A stretch of DNA of 64,000 nt from the human T2T-CHM13v2.0 reference genome, Homo sapiens, in assembly GCF_009914755.1 (NCBI RefSeq), contig NC_060932.1; one strand, 5' to 3'. The stretch's first letter is position 1. Every line of letters starts with the position of its first letter. Below the pieces are notes generated by a model. It ran no database searches. It worked only from the letters and a program-made list of their open reading frames with translations, and was not told where the DNA came from. Positions 37,253-53,341 of the stretch are shown here, piece by piece. The translations under genes and the position numbers were made by a program.

Positions 37253-37914
37253 TAGAAGAATGAGAGGTCTGGGTTCTGACCTGTGCTAAATCTGTGTGGC
37301 CCAATAAAGAGCACTTGCTTGAAATTCAGACATGGGTCTGAATCTAGGCTCTGCCTTGACTGGATGACCTTGGGTAGCTATTGAATTCTGCTGCTTTGGC
37401 TTCTTCCAGATAATAATAGTATTTTCTTGTCTCCTGGGGTGGCTGTAAGTAGCTCCTCATCCCAACCTTCCTTCTTCTCCTGCAGAATATATGGATTTCA
37501 GAGAGGCACAAGAAGGAACTGATGTCATTTATTGAAAAGCTTCATAATAACCTAATTCTGTGATATAGGCATCACCTTCATTTCGGTCAAATGACTTGCC
37601 AAGGTCACATGGGCAAGAAGGCTGAGATTCAAACCCATGTTCTCCTCACTCTGCTCCCCAGCTTTACAATATAGCCAGTAAAAAGTAGAGGCTTTGGAGT
37701 TTATGTCCCAGCAATGTCACCTCCTTGTTGAGTAGGCAGCTTGGGCAATTTCTTAAACTCTGTGTGTGTTTCCTTATATATGACGTGAAGATGCAGTTAT
37801 ATGTGAAGCATTTAGCACTGAGCCAAGTATGCAGAGACCTCACCAAGTAACAGATGTTGCTATTAGCGTTATTATATGTACAGCATTACCAGGTGAAAAT
37901 AGCTTTGCTTTTTG

Positions 37915-39350
37915 CCTTAGGCAACCACCAGTCTACTTTGGTTTCTATAGATGTGCCTTTTCTGGACATTTCGTATAAATGAGATCATACACTGTATGAT
38001 TATTTGTGACTGGATTTGTCTTTCTTTTGAAGGTCATTCATGTTGTAGCATGTGCCAGTACTGAAGCCTCTTTAGTGTTGAATAATTTTCCACTGTATTA
38101 GTATCCCACATTTTGTTTATCCATTTAACAATAGATATTTGGGTTGTTTTCACTTTTTAGCTAGTATGGATACTATTAATGTTCATGTAGAAGTTTCTGA
38201 TGTTTTTATTACTCTCGAATATATATACCTAGAAGGAAATTGTTGGGTTATATGGACACTTTGTATTTAGCATTTTGAGGAAGTACCAGACTTTTCCAAA
38301 GTGGCTGTACCATTTTACCTTCCCATCATCCACTGAGGGTTGTAATTTCTGTATATCCTGGCCATCACTTAGTGTCTTTTGATTTTAGCCATCTATTGAG
38401 TGTAAAGTGGTGTCATGGTGGTTTTGAGTTGCATTTCTGTAATGATATTGAACATCTTTTCATGGTTTATTAGCCAGTTGTATATTTTCTTAGGAGATAT
38501 GTCTATTCAAATCCTTTGCTGATTTGTTTTTTTTTTTGTTTTTTTTTTTTGATACAGAGTCCTGCTCTGTCACCTAGGCTGGATTGCAGTGGCGTGATCT
38601 CAGTGCACTGCACCCTCTGCCCCAGTGGGGTTCAAGGGATTCTCCTGCCTCAGCCTCCCAAGTAGCTGGGATTACAGGTGCATGCCAACACGCCTGGCTA
38701 AGTTTTGTATTTTTAGTAGAGTTGGGGTTTCGCCATGTTGGCCAGGCTGGTCTTGAACTCCTAACCTCGGGTGATCCACCTGCCTCGGCCTCCCAGAGTG
38801 CTAGGATTACAGGCATGAGCCACCGCGCCCAGCCCTTTGTCCATTTTCAAATTGAATTGTCTTTTTATTGAGTTGTAAGAGTTCTTTTACATTCTCACTA
38901 CAAGTCTAGTTATCAATGTGTGATTTTCAGATCTTTTTTCCCATTCTGTATCTTTTTAACTTTCTTGATGGTGTTCTTTGAAGCACAGAAGTTTTTAATT
39001 TTGATGAGGTCCAACTCATCACTCTTTCTTGGGCTTTTGGTGTCTTAATTAAGAAACCATTGCCAACCACAAGATCATGAAGATTTACTTGTTTTCTTTC
39101 AGTTTGTTCTTAATTGTAGGTCCATGATACACTTTAATTTTTGCACAGGGTGTGAGGTGCAGGGGTCCAAGTCCATTCTTTTGCATGTGGCCATCCAGTT
39201 GTTCTAGCAGCATTTGTTTAAAGACTGTTCTCCCACTGCATTTTGTTAACTCCGTCCATAAACGTAAGGATTTATTTCTATATTCTTCTTAATCTTCCAT
39301 TGATCTACATGTCTTTTCTTATGTCAGTACCACACTGTCTTGATTATAGC
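37915..39350 (-). mobile_element. Old L1M fragment with an inserted Alu
   Basis: GGCAACCACCAGTCTACTTT, TTCCAAAGTGGCTGTACCATTTT and CCAGTTGTTCTAGCAGCATTTGTT motifs. Confidence 0.7.
38523..38834 (-). mobile_element. Alu
   Basis: Alu consensus in reverse. Confidence 0.92.
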
Positions 39351-39580
39351 TGGACTAAGCCCCTGCTGCTTCAGTTTTTTCCTTTTGTGTCCTATAATTC
39401 TCAAGCTTTATCCTGACTGGCAGCATTTCTGTCATCACAAATGTTACTCCTTATCCTTGAGAGTCATCTGAGCTTGCATGGATAAGCATAGGAGCCATAA
39501 TATACGTGCTCTATATTTTCATGTTTTATTTTGTTCATCACAGTGTACATTTGAGGGCAAGAGGATGTTTTGATTTGCTG

Positions 39581-39857
<277 letters not shown>

Positions 39858-39917
39858 TGATTCACTGATTTGTGAACATATTTTGTGTTAATGACTTTCT
39901 GAAGTTCTGTTTTCTAA

Positions 39918-40067
<150 letters not shown>

Positions 40068-41816
40068 TGACCAAGTGTAATGGCCTATAGTAGAATCCTG
40101 TATGAACTTTTAAACTTTCTTACTCAAGGCTTTCACTAACGTCTGAGGGATAGATGGAATGAGTTTGAAGACCTTTGAGTTGTATGGCCCAAGACATAGT
40201 AACTATTGAGCAAAACCAGACCTCAGGATGCAGTTTGCATCAGATTTTCTCTATCAGAGAGGGTGCCCATTTTAGAGTGGAGTCTAAACAGGTAAAATAG
40301 TTTTTGCTTATTAAACATATCCAGGCTTTGCTTTCAGCAAAGAAAATGCTATATGATAATAGTAATCACTTTACTAAAGTAAAACATTATTAGAAATTAG
40401 CCTAAAGACTTTGAGTTCTTTAACACTTATGCTGTATATTTGCAGTACTACAAAGAAAATTTTTACCTTCTTCTTTGGCTTTCCACACCATGGACAAAGT
40501 CTCAGAAGTCAAATAAAGCTAGTCGTCTCCTCATTATGAGTGCATTTTTGTGACTTGCAGGTTAAAGCTAGTCATAGAGCACAAGGCAGGATGGTTCCTT
40601 AGACACCTAACAAGCTACCCTGCCAGCCCTACACCACCCTTTTCTATACCAGTGCTATTAGTCACCGGGATAATGGGACACTTTCATATTGGTAATAATA
40701 ATAGTTTTAGCAAATTACTGGAGTGGTCTATTTGGGAAATACTCTTTAGTCTGTTAATCTACATTACAATAATCTGTTAAGATTTTTTTAGATCCTACCT
40801 TTAATACTGTGTTAATTTAAAACTGTACTCATATACTATCTATCTAGCAGTCAAGGTGTGGTGTGTTCTAATGGTGGTAATTCCACACCAAACACAAAGC
40901 AGACATGGTTAATTGATGGGACAGTAGGAAAGGATGTCTTTCCAGCTATAAGGCATTTTCTTTTAGACCCAACAAACTGAATTAATATTTAACAGGAATA
41001 TATTTGAGGGAAGATAGCATTTTAAGAATCTTTTTCAGAAGGTTTTTAATGTCTACACTGTTTTTTAACATTGTCCTTTCAAACAGGAGCTTTTTGTTAT
41101 TATGTGGATTGACTGCACATACCAATCCTTCACAGACCAGGAGAATTAAAAAAAAAAAAAAGAATATGATATCACAGGGTAGGAAGACAGATTTTCCTAT
41201 TATTATACCTAATAATAAATAAAAGTAAAATACAGATAGAAGTTGCGTACAATCAATCAGATTCAATTAAAGAATGAAGCAAGAGCTACCTCTTCATTGA
41301 CTGGACACGGCCTTGTTAGATTAGGTGTTTTAAGAATGGAAGTAATCTCATGCCAACTAGTGTTTTCCCAAAATAACTTAATAATTTCCTTATAGCAGTG
41401 TTGTAGGTTGAAGAGTATTCCCCAAACCTTGCTTTAAAAAAAATAAAAAGAAAAAAGAAAGAAATTTTATGTGTAGCCATTAGGCTTCTCCTGAGGTAAC
41501 AGTTACAAAATAAGACTACCTACATTCCTCCTGTTGACTTTGTTTTATGGAGAGGTGCCTTTGATATGCTTAGAATCCCTCTGGTTGCTAGTGCCATGGA
41601 GTCAGCTTACTCAGTTGATCATTTTTTGTTTTACAAAATTGGCCTTTGTGGGCCCACTCTCCTCCCTCTAAAATAGGGTGGGGTGGGGTGAGTCTAACCA
41701 AAACAAACAAACAGTAGAGTTCAGGATATGAGACTGTGGGGAAATGCTGAGTTGTAATGAGTTGGACTACAAGAGACCTGCGCTTATGTCTCCTGCCTGC
41801 CACCTGTGTTACCTGA

Positions 41817-42053
<237 letters not shown>

Positions 42054-42720
42054 AATAAACCTGTACTGGACCCAGTAGTGCCTTTTAAGGTGAAAGGAAT
42101 GGTAAATCTGTACCTTTAATATGTCCTACTTTTGGCCCCTACCTGAAAGTTACTTTTTTTCCATCATCTGTATATAAAATTATTTTTATCATGATGTATA
42201 TTATGTACATAAATAAAAGGCCATGATTATTGATTTATATAATAGAATTGTATAGATTATTTTTGCACAGTTTTGTCATAAATTAGGGTGGTAATGAACT
42301 GGATTGAACTACTATATGTGCATTATATTGAATTCTGCTTGTCATTAAGATAAGGTGAATAAGTGTCTTAAACGTCCTGTAAAACCGGACTCCCCTTTGT
42401 TACATGCACATTTTCCATTGTTACCTCGATGCAAAAGAATTCATTTAGTAGGTACATCTATTGTAGCTGTGATTATTCCAGTTTCTGTGTGATGCAATCA
42501 AATGTCCTATTAATTAATTATTATTTCATGTCATTTGTAGCTACTGATACAGCAGAAATGAAGGGAACTGTAATTACTTGTATTTTTGTAAGCCATACGT
42601 TAAATGTTTGTTACATCATCTTTCTGCTTCTATTTTTATGCCAATGAAGGCATTTGTCTTGTTACTAATTACATGATGTAACTACTTCTTGATATAAATA
42701 AATTTTTATTTTAATTACTA
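42054..42720 (+). terminator. CSPP1: CSPP1 3'UTR with tandem AATAAA polyadenylation signals
   Basis: AATAAA at 42054, 42212 and 42697; TGTA motifs upstream of 42212; exact cleavage sites cannot be read from sequence. Confidence 0.65.
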
Positions 42721-43623
42721 AAATCTTTTTAACTACTATGGAGCTTTCTAGACTAGTTTTCTAGAGGTTGAATAGAGGTGGGGACACCCGGGAGTCAAGG
42801 ACAGAGAGACTGGAGTCTTCTTCTTCCACCATGGAACCTTGGATAAGTGAGTCCATGTGAGTTTTCTAATCACTCAGTAAGTGATACTTCTAAAAAAGGA
42901 AAGAGTCATTCAAATAATTGTGACATTCTGACTCAGATTAGAATCTCAGAACCATGACAGCTGAGAACATCCCCAGGCACTGCTTCTCTCTCTAATAATA
43001 CTTCCTCTGATGTAATTAACGGTTGGTAGACAATATCAGACAAATTTGCCACAATTAAATTACTGATATTTTGAGTTTTGGCTACTTGTAAATTTTTATT
43101 TGATTTTCTAATCGGACCATTGTTTGTTTGCTTTACTCGTAAAAATTTGTTCTGTTGTCATCTGAAAGTAAGAAGAAAGCCTCTGACTCTTCTAGGGGAA
43201 GAGTCCTGATACTACAACATTAAAATAATCAACTGCCAGGTTGTGTGGAGCACTTACCCTCACACGGCAAGGTCACAGTGGCTCGCAGTTCTAGCATCCA
43301 GCTGGGCTTGAACACAGCTAGAGCTGTCTTGGGTGTAACAAATACAGCACACTTACTTACAAATGCATTGTTCAGTAACTGTTCATTATCTAAGAGAGGT
43401 GTGAAAGCAAAGACTGAATACTTTTCCTCTTTAACACAACCATGTTAGATGATATTGACACGTTCCCTTTTTGTTTAATGCCATGTACCACACAACTTCA
43501 ACTGACTCCTCGAACACACAATATTGCAAACTGTGCTGAAGAGAACTTTAGCTCTTTTCAGCATTCAAGTAGTGTAGCCTGATGCTAGGTTATTAATATG
43601 CAAAAAATATTAAAAGATTTTTG

Positions 43624-43920
43624 GGCTGGATATGGTGGCTCATGCCTATAATCCCAGCACTTTGTGAGGCTGAGTTGGGAGGATCACTTCAGGTCCAAGA
43701 GTTTGAGACCAGCCTGGGCAATATAGTGAGATCCCATCTCTAAAAAAAAAAAATTTTTTTTTAATTAGGCAAGTGTAGTGGTGTGTGCCTACAGTCCTCA
43801 CTACTGGGGAGGGTGGAGTGTGAGAATCGTGAGCCCAGTTTGAGGCTACAGTGAGCTGTGCTCATACCACTGCACTCCAGCCTGGACAACAGAGTGAGAT
43901 CCGGTCTCTAAAAGATAAAT
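43624..43920 (+). mobile_element. Alu (J-like), intergenic
   Basis: Alu consensus. Confidence 0.9.
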
Positions 43921-44129
43921 AAAAATTTTAAAAATTGCCTTAAAAATAAGTATCCTATGGTAAGTACAGTGTAAGGAGGATCTAATGCTAGAAGCTGGAA
44001 AGAAAATACCAGAACCAAACAATATTGAATTTGTAGTTCTGGCTGAAAATGTCTTTTCCATAGTTGTTCAGCCTTAATAGACCAGAATCAATGAAACATG
44101 GGGGTGGGTTATACAGGTTTTGATTGCAC

Positions 44130-45393
44130 TGATGAAATAATTCAAAAACTTTATTGACCTATAACCTGATTAGAATATGCCAGATGGGAATCAATATTGT
44201 ACAGAAAGTTGTACAGAATTTTTTACATAGAAAACTTTACATCTGTACCATATACATTTTGTCCATCTGAAAAAATTTTCTACATCCACTGTTAATACGG
44301 AATGCTTGACAATCTTGTCTTTTAACCATCAGAGCACAATTCACAGTATGAATACATTTCCAGTAAATCTAACCTCCGCAAACCATGCCAGATTTGTTAT
44401 TTTAATATATTCAACGTTAAATTCTGTACATAGAGTAAAATCTACATCAAGCCCCACCACCCAAAAGAAAAGAAAATGACAGCAATCTGGATTCATTTTG
44501 CAGTGATTCAAGTTTTGGTCCATAAAGGATCATTCTATTTTAATGGCTCATCTTTAAAAGTCCTAAGAGAAATATGTGACAGGTAGTTACTGTCAGTAGG
44601 GATATTTTCTACCTTTTTTTCCCTATTGTTGAAGTGTCGGCCACAACAGCTTCTGGGCATGTTACAGCCTCAAAATCACCACCTACCAAAAAGGGCAAAA
44701 CTAAAAATCCCTATAAAATAAAAAAGAAAGTTCCACCCAAATGTTTAGTGCATTTGACAAAATATTATGGGTATTTAGCAAATGAATAAGAAAATAAAGA
44801 AAACAGTGCAGGAAGAACTATATAATGTTTTAAGATTTTTATATTACAGACCTGCATCTCTGTACATTTTTCACAGGATGATTACCAGTATCTCAGATAG
44901 CCTGAGTGTGCAAAAATCTTCAGAATAAGAATACCATAGTTGCTAAATATCTTTTACCATGAACAATAATTTCTTCTTCTCTCCCCACTCCCCAATTATA
45001 AACATTTTATCCTTCAAAATACAGCTCTCCTGAGTTGTACTTCTTGTAGAAGTTCAATCTTTACATCTATAGTTCTTTGGGTAAGTTTCACTTCCACACC
45101 TGCCAAAAACGTGGGGCTTTTCCTGCCGTGGAAGACAGGGAAGGACCCGTGAGCATGAGCTGACACTGTTTAAACAGGCTTTCTGCTCAACATGAGGCCA
45201 ATATAACACACAAAATCCACCAGCACTAAAAGGGACTGGAGTGTTGCAAGTTTGAGTAAGACTTCTAAGCATCTTTACCAGTAACTCAGACACTGCAATC
45301 CAGAGAAATCATTTTTCAGGTAGGAAACCTCAGCTCCAGCGTCCTTTTAAAGAGCAGAGGGATGTAAATGCCAACAAAAATATTAAGTTCCCA
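44130..45393 (-). terminator. ARFGEF1: ARFGEF1 3'UTR with AATAAA signal at 44150-44155 (minus strand)
   Basis: Repeat-free AU-rich stretch after the TGA; TTTATT on + at 44150-44155, preceded on the minus strand by several TGTA motifs. Confidence 0.7.
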
Positions 45394-45582
<189 letters not shown>

Positions 45583-46855
45583 TTAGTAGTGATTGCAAAC
45601 TGCAGAGCCTTAAACTGCCTAGAGTCAAACTACTCTGGGGCTCCATCACAGGAGCCAGGAAAGCAGGGTCCACAGCAGGCAGTGACTCTGGTTTGTGGAA
45701 CTGAGAGACAGAAGTGTTAGAAAAACTCACTTCATACAAACACTATTCACTTACATATCCTTATTTTGAAAAACATTTGTCTGTATATCTTTGACAAACT
45801 TTTAGTAATTTAGCACTGTTTTTCCTGGGTAATAAGCAGCAGGCAAGTGAGTACAAACTAGAGTTGAGATTTTATAAGCTATGGGTTACTGAAATTTTAT
45901 CTTTTGTTACATAAAAATTTTAAGTTTTGGGGAAAATTCTACCCAACACTGCAATATAAAATCTAAACAGTTCTTCAGGCAAAGCTACATACGTTTCACA
46001 TGTACAGTTCAATTGCTATACTTTGGCTGTATCTTCACAGTAGTTCCTTCATCTCTGAACTCTAGTCTGCAGCCTCCTTTCCTACCCCTTCTGTACCCCT
46101 CCAGATCCAGGGAAGCAGTGAGACATATTATGACCAAAAAAAAAAAAGCCAGCTGTGGAGTAACAGAGGCTGGGATTTAGAGCCCTTGGCCTTTCAAGTA
46201 GTGGGCCACATCACTAGGCATTTTTAAACCTATTCTAGGGTCACAGCAAAGCAGCCTGTATGTGTGAGCTGTAAGTTGCTATTTTTTTTTCTAAGAATAG
46301 AGTGTACATTTTTGAAAACCTTAAATATGCACTTATATTTACAGTCATATATGTGTATTTTATCTTTATTTCTACTGGTTTAAAATTCTTAGATGAGGCC
46401 CATTCACTAGGGACTCTGGGTTACCTGGAACCACTAAATATGCCAAAGGAACAGCTGCAGCCCAGAGCACAGGCCCAGGAACCAGATGTAGTCTTGAGTA
46501 GTAGGCAGAGTACAAGGCCATGAGGTGGTTGGACAGCAGTTTTCAAAATGGGGCAAAGGGGGAGATTCCTGGGGTCATAATGGGAACTTGTCAAGGTATC
46601 CCAAGGGATTCTGATCCCTCGCCTACTGAATCCCCTAGAGAACTGCTAATTAGTGAACAAAGCTGGGTAAGGGGGGAGAAAAGCAAGGACTGAGGAAGAT
46701 ACAGCAAGGCCACTGGTGGCTTTGCACAAGCAGCAGTGCAGCCTGGGCACTGCTTGATTCATCTCTGAGAGCTCTTGCACGGCGGCTCTGGGACCCCGCA
46801 TCCCAATGCGAATTGGGCTAGAAATGTGGGGCTGGATTCGAAGCCTCATACTTAC

Positions 46856-46973
46856 CCTATTATCACTTATCTTTAGAACTTTAGTTAGAAACAAAAGCAG
46901 TAAGTTAGTCCAGGCTTCTCGATGACTTTCTGATGTTAGAGTGAGGAAGTAACTTAGTGCTTCACTGCAGACA
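46856..46973 (-). CDS. ARFGEF1: ARFGEF1 coding exon ([39 protein letters not shown])
   Basis: tttgcAG / AGG|GTAAGT, 118 bp, phase 2-0. Confidence 0.94.
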
Positions 46974-47925
46974 CTGCAAAAGAAAAGGTTTCCTTTAATG
47001 TTACTTGCGTATCTACTGGTCCCCATATTCACCGAGAAAGAGCAATCATGAACATAGTAGTGAATATGAACTATTCAAGAACATGTTAGATCCCATCTGT
47101 TTACATTAGCTGGAGTGTCAACATAAACATGCTTTTCAAATTGGGAAGAAAACCAAACATGTTAAAAGAAGCCATTGTAACTTACCAGGAAACCCACATT
47201 TTCCTAATTTTCTAAGTTTCTTTCAATGCAAAGCTGCCGTGTGGCAGGTGGCACATGCAAAGCTTAGTTTCAAGAGACCTGGACTGGAATCTGAGGCGAC
47301 TCCTCTCTTCACTGACCCTTGTGAGGCCCTAGATCACAAGGCCCTGTGGGGCCTTAATCAATCAGTCTTGTCAATCAAATGGGATAACAGAGACTAGGTG
47401 ATCCCTTAAAATTCTAAAATGTATTTAATTGGCCTCAGAACATCTATTCCGTAAGTAGATATGATAATACAATGCAGATGACCGTATTCTTTCTGAATGG
47501 CATGTTTCATTCTTAGCCTGAGTTTACACGTTAGTTGGCTTAAAGTAAAAGAGTAAAAAAAGTAACGCTAAGAAAAACTCCAAATATTTTTTTCGAAGTA
47601 AATGCAGGCAGGCAAGTTTTCACTTATACAAATGATCTGTAAAAATGGGACTATCTTATGACATTAAAAAGGCCTATAAATGATATCATAGTTCACAGTT
47701 TTAAAACAGAAAACCTCCTTTGTCCTGCATGTTAGACATGATTTGGCCACATGTCACTAAAGCACACTCATCTCTAAGACTGAATTTAATTTTTACAACT
47801 GCTCTGTGGAATAGGGGCATCCAGGCCCCAAAGCCTCAGCTGTCAGCATGGTCCCGCCGGTGCCTCTTTCCTGCCCGGCACCACGTGGCTACCTGGTCAG
47901 AGATGGAAATCAGTCAAAAGTCTTA

Positions 47926-48090
<165 letters not shown>

Positions 48091-48630
48091 TTAGTTTGGG
48101 AAGGCATCTTATGTAAAGGTGAAACAGCCCGTATGGAGGCACATTTTGTTTGTGCTCAGCCATCAGCATCTGCTGCTTACAAAACGGAGCCACAGCAGCC
48201 TGATGTGAAGGTGATTTCCATGTCCAGAATTCCCTCCCTATTCAAGCTGGGGATATGAGATATAAAAAAACTTGTGGCCTGGGAAGGTGGAACCCTTCAC
48301 ATGAAACTGCACTTGAATCCCCAAAGCTGTGGAAGGGGCCATGTGCTCTGCCTGCGCCAGGGGCCTCAGATAAACAGGGGCAACCCCCAGGAGGTGAGAA
48401 CTGCTCTGTCAGAGGTCTGATGGGTCCGGTGTGTGTGGACACAAGGAGGCTCTATCAGCTCAGCAGGAAGAGGCCCAGTGGAATGGTGGCAAAAACTTGG
48501 GTAGAAAAAAAGGGGAAAAATAAGTACAGACTACTCTTTCCAGAAGTTAGGTTGTAAAGGAAAGAGAATGGCACAGCTGTTTCAAATAAGCAAACATTAA
48601 GCACCAAACCCTTTTGATACAGTTTGATAA

Positions 48631-49017
<387 letters not shown>

Positions 49018-49519
49018 TCTATTTTTTAAATTAAAAAATTAACAATGTCACTTTGGTTTATAATAAAAGCTTATTTTTTGTTTAAAATGTCTAACTTGTT
49101 CTAGAACAAATATACCTCACATCCCAATAAATTCACCTTCACTCTGAGCTCTGGCCACTCCCAGTAAACAGAGAAGCCATTCAAATACACATGCCAGGTT
49201 TTGTGTGTGCGACTTTTACACATATTTATTTCCTAATGAAAAGACAGCTTTTGTCATGCCAATGAGTATCAACAAGAAGGTCCAGGTTGGGTAAACAAGA
49301 TGAAAGAACAATGTAAGTCAAATAATAGACCAAGGGGGAAAAAATCCACCCAAGCAGTTATCTGGCTTACTGTAGACCAGAAAAGGGCCTCGTTGTGAGG
49401 TTACTTTATTACTGTTAAGGTCAGAGTACATATAGTGACATGCACAGACCTATAGCAGACAGTCAATGAGTTCTGAGACCTGTATGTACCTGTCCCACAT
49501 CCATCAACAGTAAACATTA

Positions 49520-49747
<228 letters not shown>

Positions 49748-49799
49748 TCACAATAATTTTACTTGATTTACAACTCAATGCTCCCCAAAGACCAGTTTT

Positions 49800-51100
49800 A
49801 CAAGAAAGCCACAGATACTCAGCTTGATCTAACCTAACAGAAAGTAAGGGAAGGTCCACCTTCCAGTACGCATCCTCGTCCCCAAGCACCACCTCCCATT
49901 AGTCCAGACCCTCCTGGACTCCCAACTCCCTGGCCCTGCGTTCCTCAGCCCCTCAAGTCCTCCCTTCTCTTCTCAACTGCTATGGAGTCCATGCATCATT
50001 TTAATTATTCTCTTTCACAACCCCTCCTCTTCTTTTTAGTAACTGGCTGGCAAAATGGCCATGTCATCATGTGTGACTGGAGAAAGCAGACTGGTTTCTC
50101 TCTAAACCAGCGGGCTCGGTGCTAGCCCAGCCCTTGGCAGACCTTGGCCTAGGCCACACTCCTGGCCAACCAGCTCAAGTTTTCACTTCTCAAGTAGCTA
50201 AAACATTCTTCCAAATCTCACATGGTAGATGACTTTTCTTCCCATCTCAGTGAGAAACCAGAAGCTGGCAGAGGAGGTCTCTCACAAGCTCCTACCCCAA
50301 ACGTACCAGACTTCCTGCATCCACAACCCATCCCCCAGCCCTCCCCCTGCCGCCACATGGGAACTGTCTGGGCTTCTACCCCAGGTGATTCCCACTCTGT
50401 ATGAGGTACTATCTCCACTCACTCAAAAACATGGCCCTAGAAATTGCCCCTCTCTTGCCTACAGTCAGTTTTTCTCTCCCTACTGGAAAGCTCTTACCAG
50501 TGAACACGCTGCCATATCACCAATCTGGAGAACAAAACATAGCAAACCCCTCTCTTGAACCCCTCACAATCCAGCTATCACATTTCTCTGTGCCTTTACA
50601 GCAAAACTTCTTAACAGAGTACTGGCTGAGTCCACATTCTCTCTTCTCTCTCTCTCTCCCCATTATAATTATGCTTTTGTCCTCAATTTAACATTTAACA
50701 CACTGTTAAGGTTCCAAAGTCGTCCAAACAGTTAGAGGGCAATTCTCAGGTGTAATATCACTTGACCTATCCAGAGCATTTAACAAGCGACTGATCACAT
50801 GCTTCTTCTTAAAACATTTTCTTCATCTGACTTCCCCGACAACTGACACCTGCTTCCCCGTGCCTCCCCATGCCTCATGGATTCTCGTCTTCAGTCTCTG
50901 CTAGCTGCCTCATCTCCAGGAGCTGTAGAGGATGAGGTCCCTAGTAATCAGTTGCTGACCCTCCTCCCTGCTCTAGCTAACCTTATTACCTTGTGATGGG
51001 ATCCAGTCTCATGGTTTAAAAGGACATCTGTATGATGAAGGCCCCACAAACTAATTCTCTAGCCTAACTCTACAGCCCAGACTGCTATACCTAACTTCCT
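49800..51100. mobile_element. L2 fragment
   Basis: CT-rich L2 ORF-like motifs such as CTTGACCTATCCAGAGCATTTAACA and ATCCAGTCTCATGGTTTAAAA. Confidence 0.55.
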
Positions 51101-51130
51101 ACTTACACAAAAAAAGCAGCTGTCCTCCTA

Positions 51131-51319
<189 letters not shown>

Positions 51320-51508
51320 TTATTTTGAATCCTTTATAATTTCCATGATATTACAATGCTAAGGAAACATCAATATGTATTCACATATCACACTGAGAAG
51401 GACATACTGCTTTTGCACACAGGCACTACTCAGTAAAAGTTTAACTGATATTTAGAAAAGCCTCGGAAAAGTAATTTTTAAAATAAAAGTGCCCTACATA
51501 ATTTAGAA

Positions 51509-51888
51509 CAAGCTTGTCCAACCCACAGCCTGTATGTGGCCCAGGACAGCTTTGAATGCAGCCCAACACAAATTCATAAACTTTCTTAAAACATTATGAG
51601 ATTTTTTTTTTCTTAGCTCACTATTTTTCATAGTAGAAAGAAACAGGGATTGTAAGTCGCCCAGCATTGGAGCCACTGCCCCAAGACTGCCTAGTAGGCA
51701 GCTCCCTTTGGGCAATTGTCTGCCTCCTGGAAAGCTTCCTGCCAAAGCTGCCCTGAGAATCTGGGATGGAGGTGTGGCCATGTGGTCTGGGTCCCCTGGG
51801 ACTATACATGTTAGTGTATTTTATGAGTGGTCCAAGACAATTCTTCTTCCAATGTGGCTCAGGGAAGCCAAAAGACTGGACACCCCTG
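51509..51888 (-). mobile_element. MER30 hAT-Charlie DNA transposon with a foreign internal insert
   Basis: Ends CAAGCTTGTCCAA... and ...TGGACACCCCTG match the MER30 consensus as recalled; perfect 8-bp TSD ATTTAGAA at 51501-51508 and 51889-51896. Confidence 0.88.
51624..51800 (-). repeat. Inverted repeat arm 1 (copy of 53164..53341)
   Basis: Hand alignment: 7 substitutions and 1 indel over about 178 bp. Confidence 0.95.
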
Positions 51889-52033
51889 ATTTAGAACAAT
51901 AATATATTCAAGATGTTCCCGCTACAAATTTTTTAATTCAACAAATGGATAAAAATGTAACAAATGGATAAAAACCTAAAACTGAAGTATCAACTGTAAA
52001 CCCAAGTCTGACCTCTGAAAACAGGGAATAAAG

Positions 52034-52895
<862 letters not shown>

Positions 52896-53163
52896 GTTAA
52901 GCTGAACACATTACTTCAAAAGTAACCAAACTGCAAAGTAACAAAAGTGCCACCCATGTTCCCCTCATCAGCTATACACAGTCACATCCCTCTATCCTGA
53001 ACACATTTGTTCAACAGGGCGTTTCTGATAGTCCGCCGGCCCATGTGGACACACTCACGGGCGTGCTCCCCTTGTCTGACCATGCCAGCTAAGTAGCTAA
53101 GCCAATGCAGCAGCGCAAGGTTAGAAAAGAGGACTCAACTCCTGAGATGCTGCTGCCACGCAG

Positions 53164-53341
53164 CCCAGGGGACCCAGACCACACGGCCACGCCTCCATCT
53201 CAGATTCTCAGGGGCAGCTTTGGCAGGAAGCTTTCCAGGAGGCAGACAACTGCCCAAAGGGAGCTGCCTACTAGACAGTCTTGGGGCAATGGCTTCAATG
53301 CTGGGCGACTTACAATCCCTGTTTCTTTCTACTATGAAAAA
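53164..53341 (+). repeat. Inverted repeat arm 2 (probable donor)
   Basis: Reverse complement of 51624..51800; the ORF track shows the same peptide on opposite strands. Confidence 0.95.
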
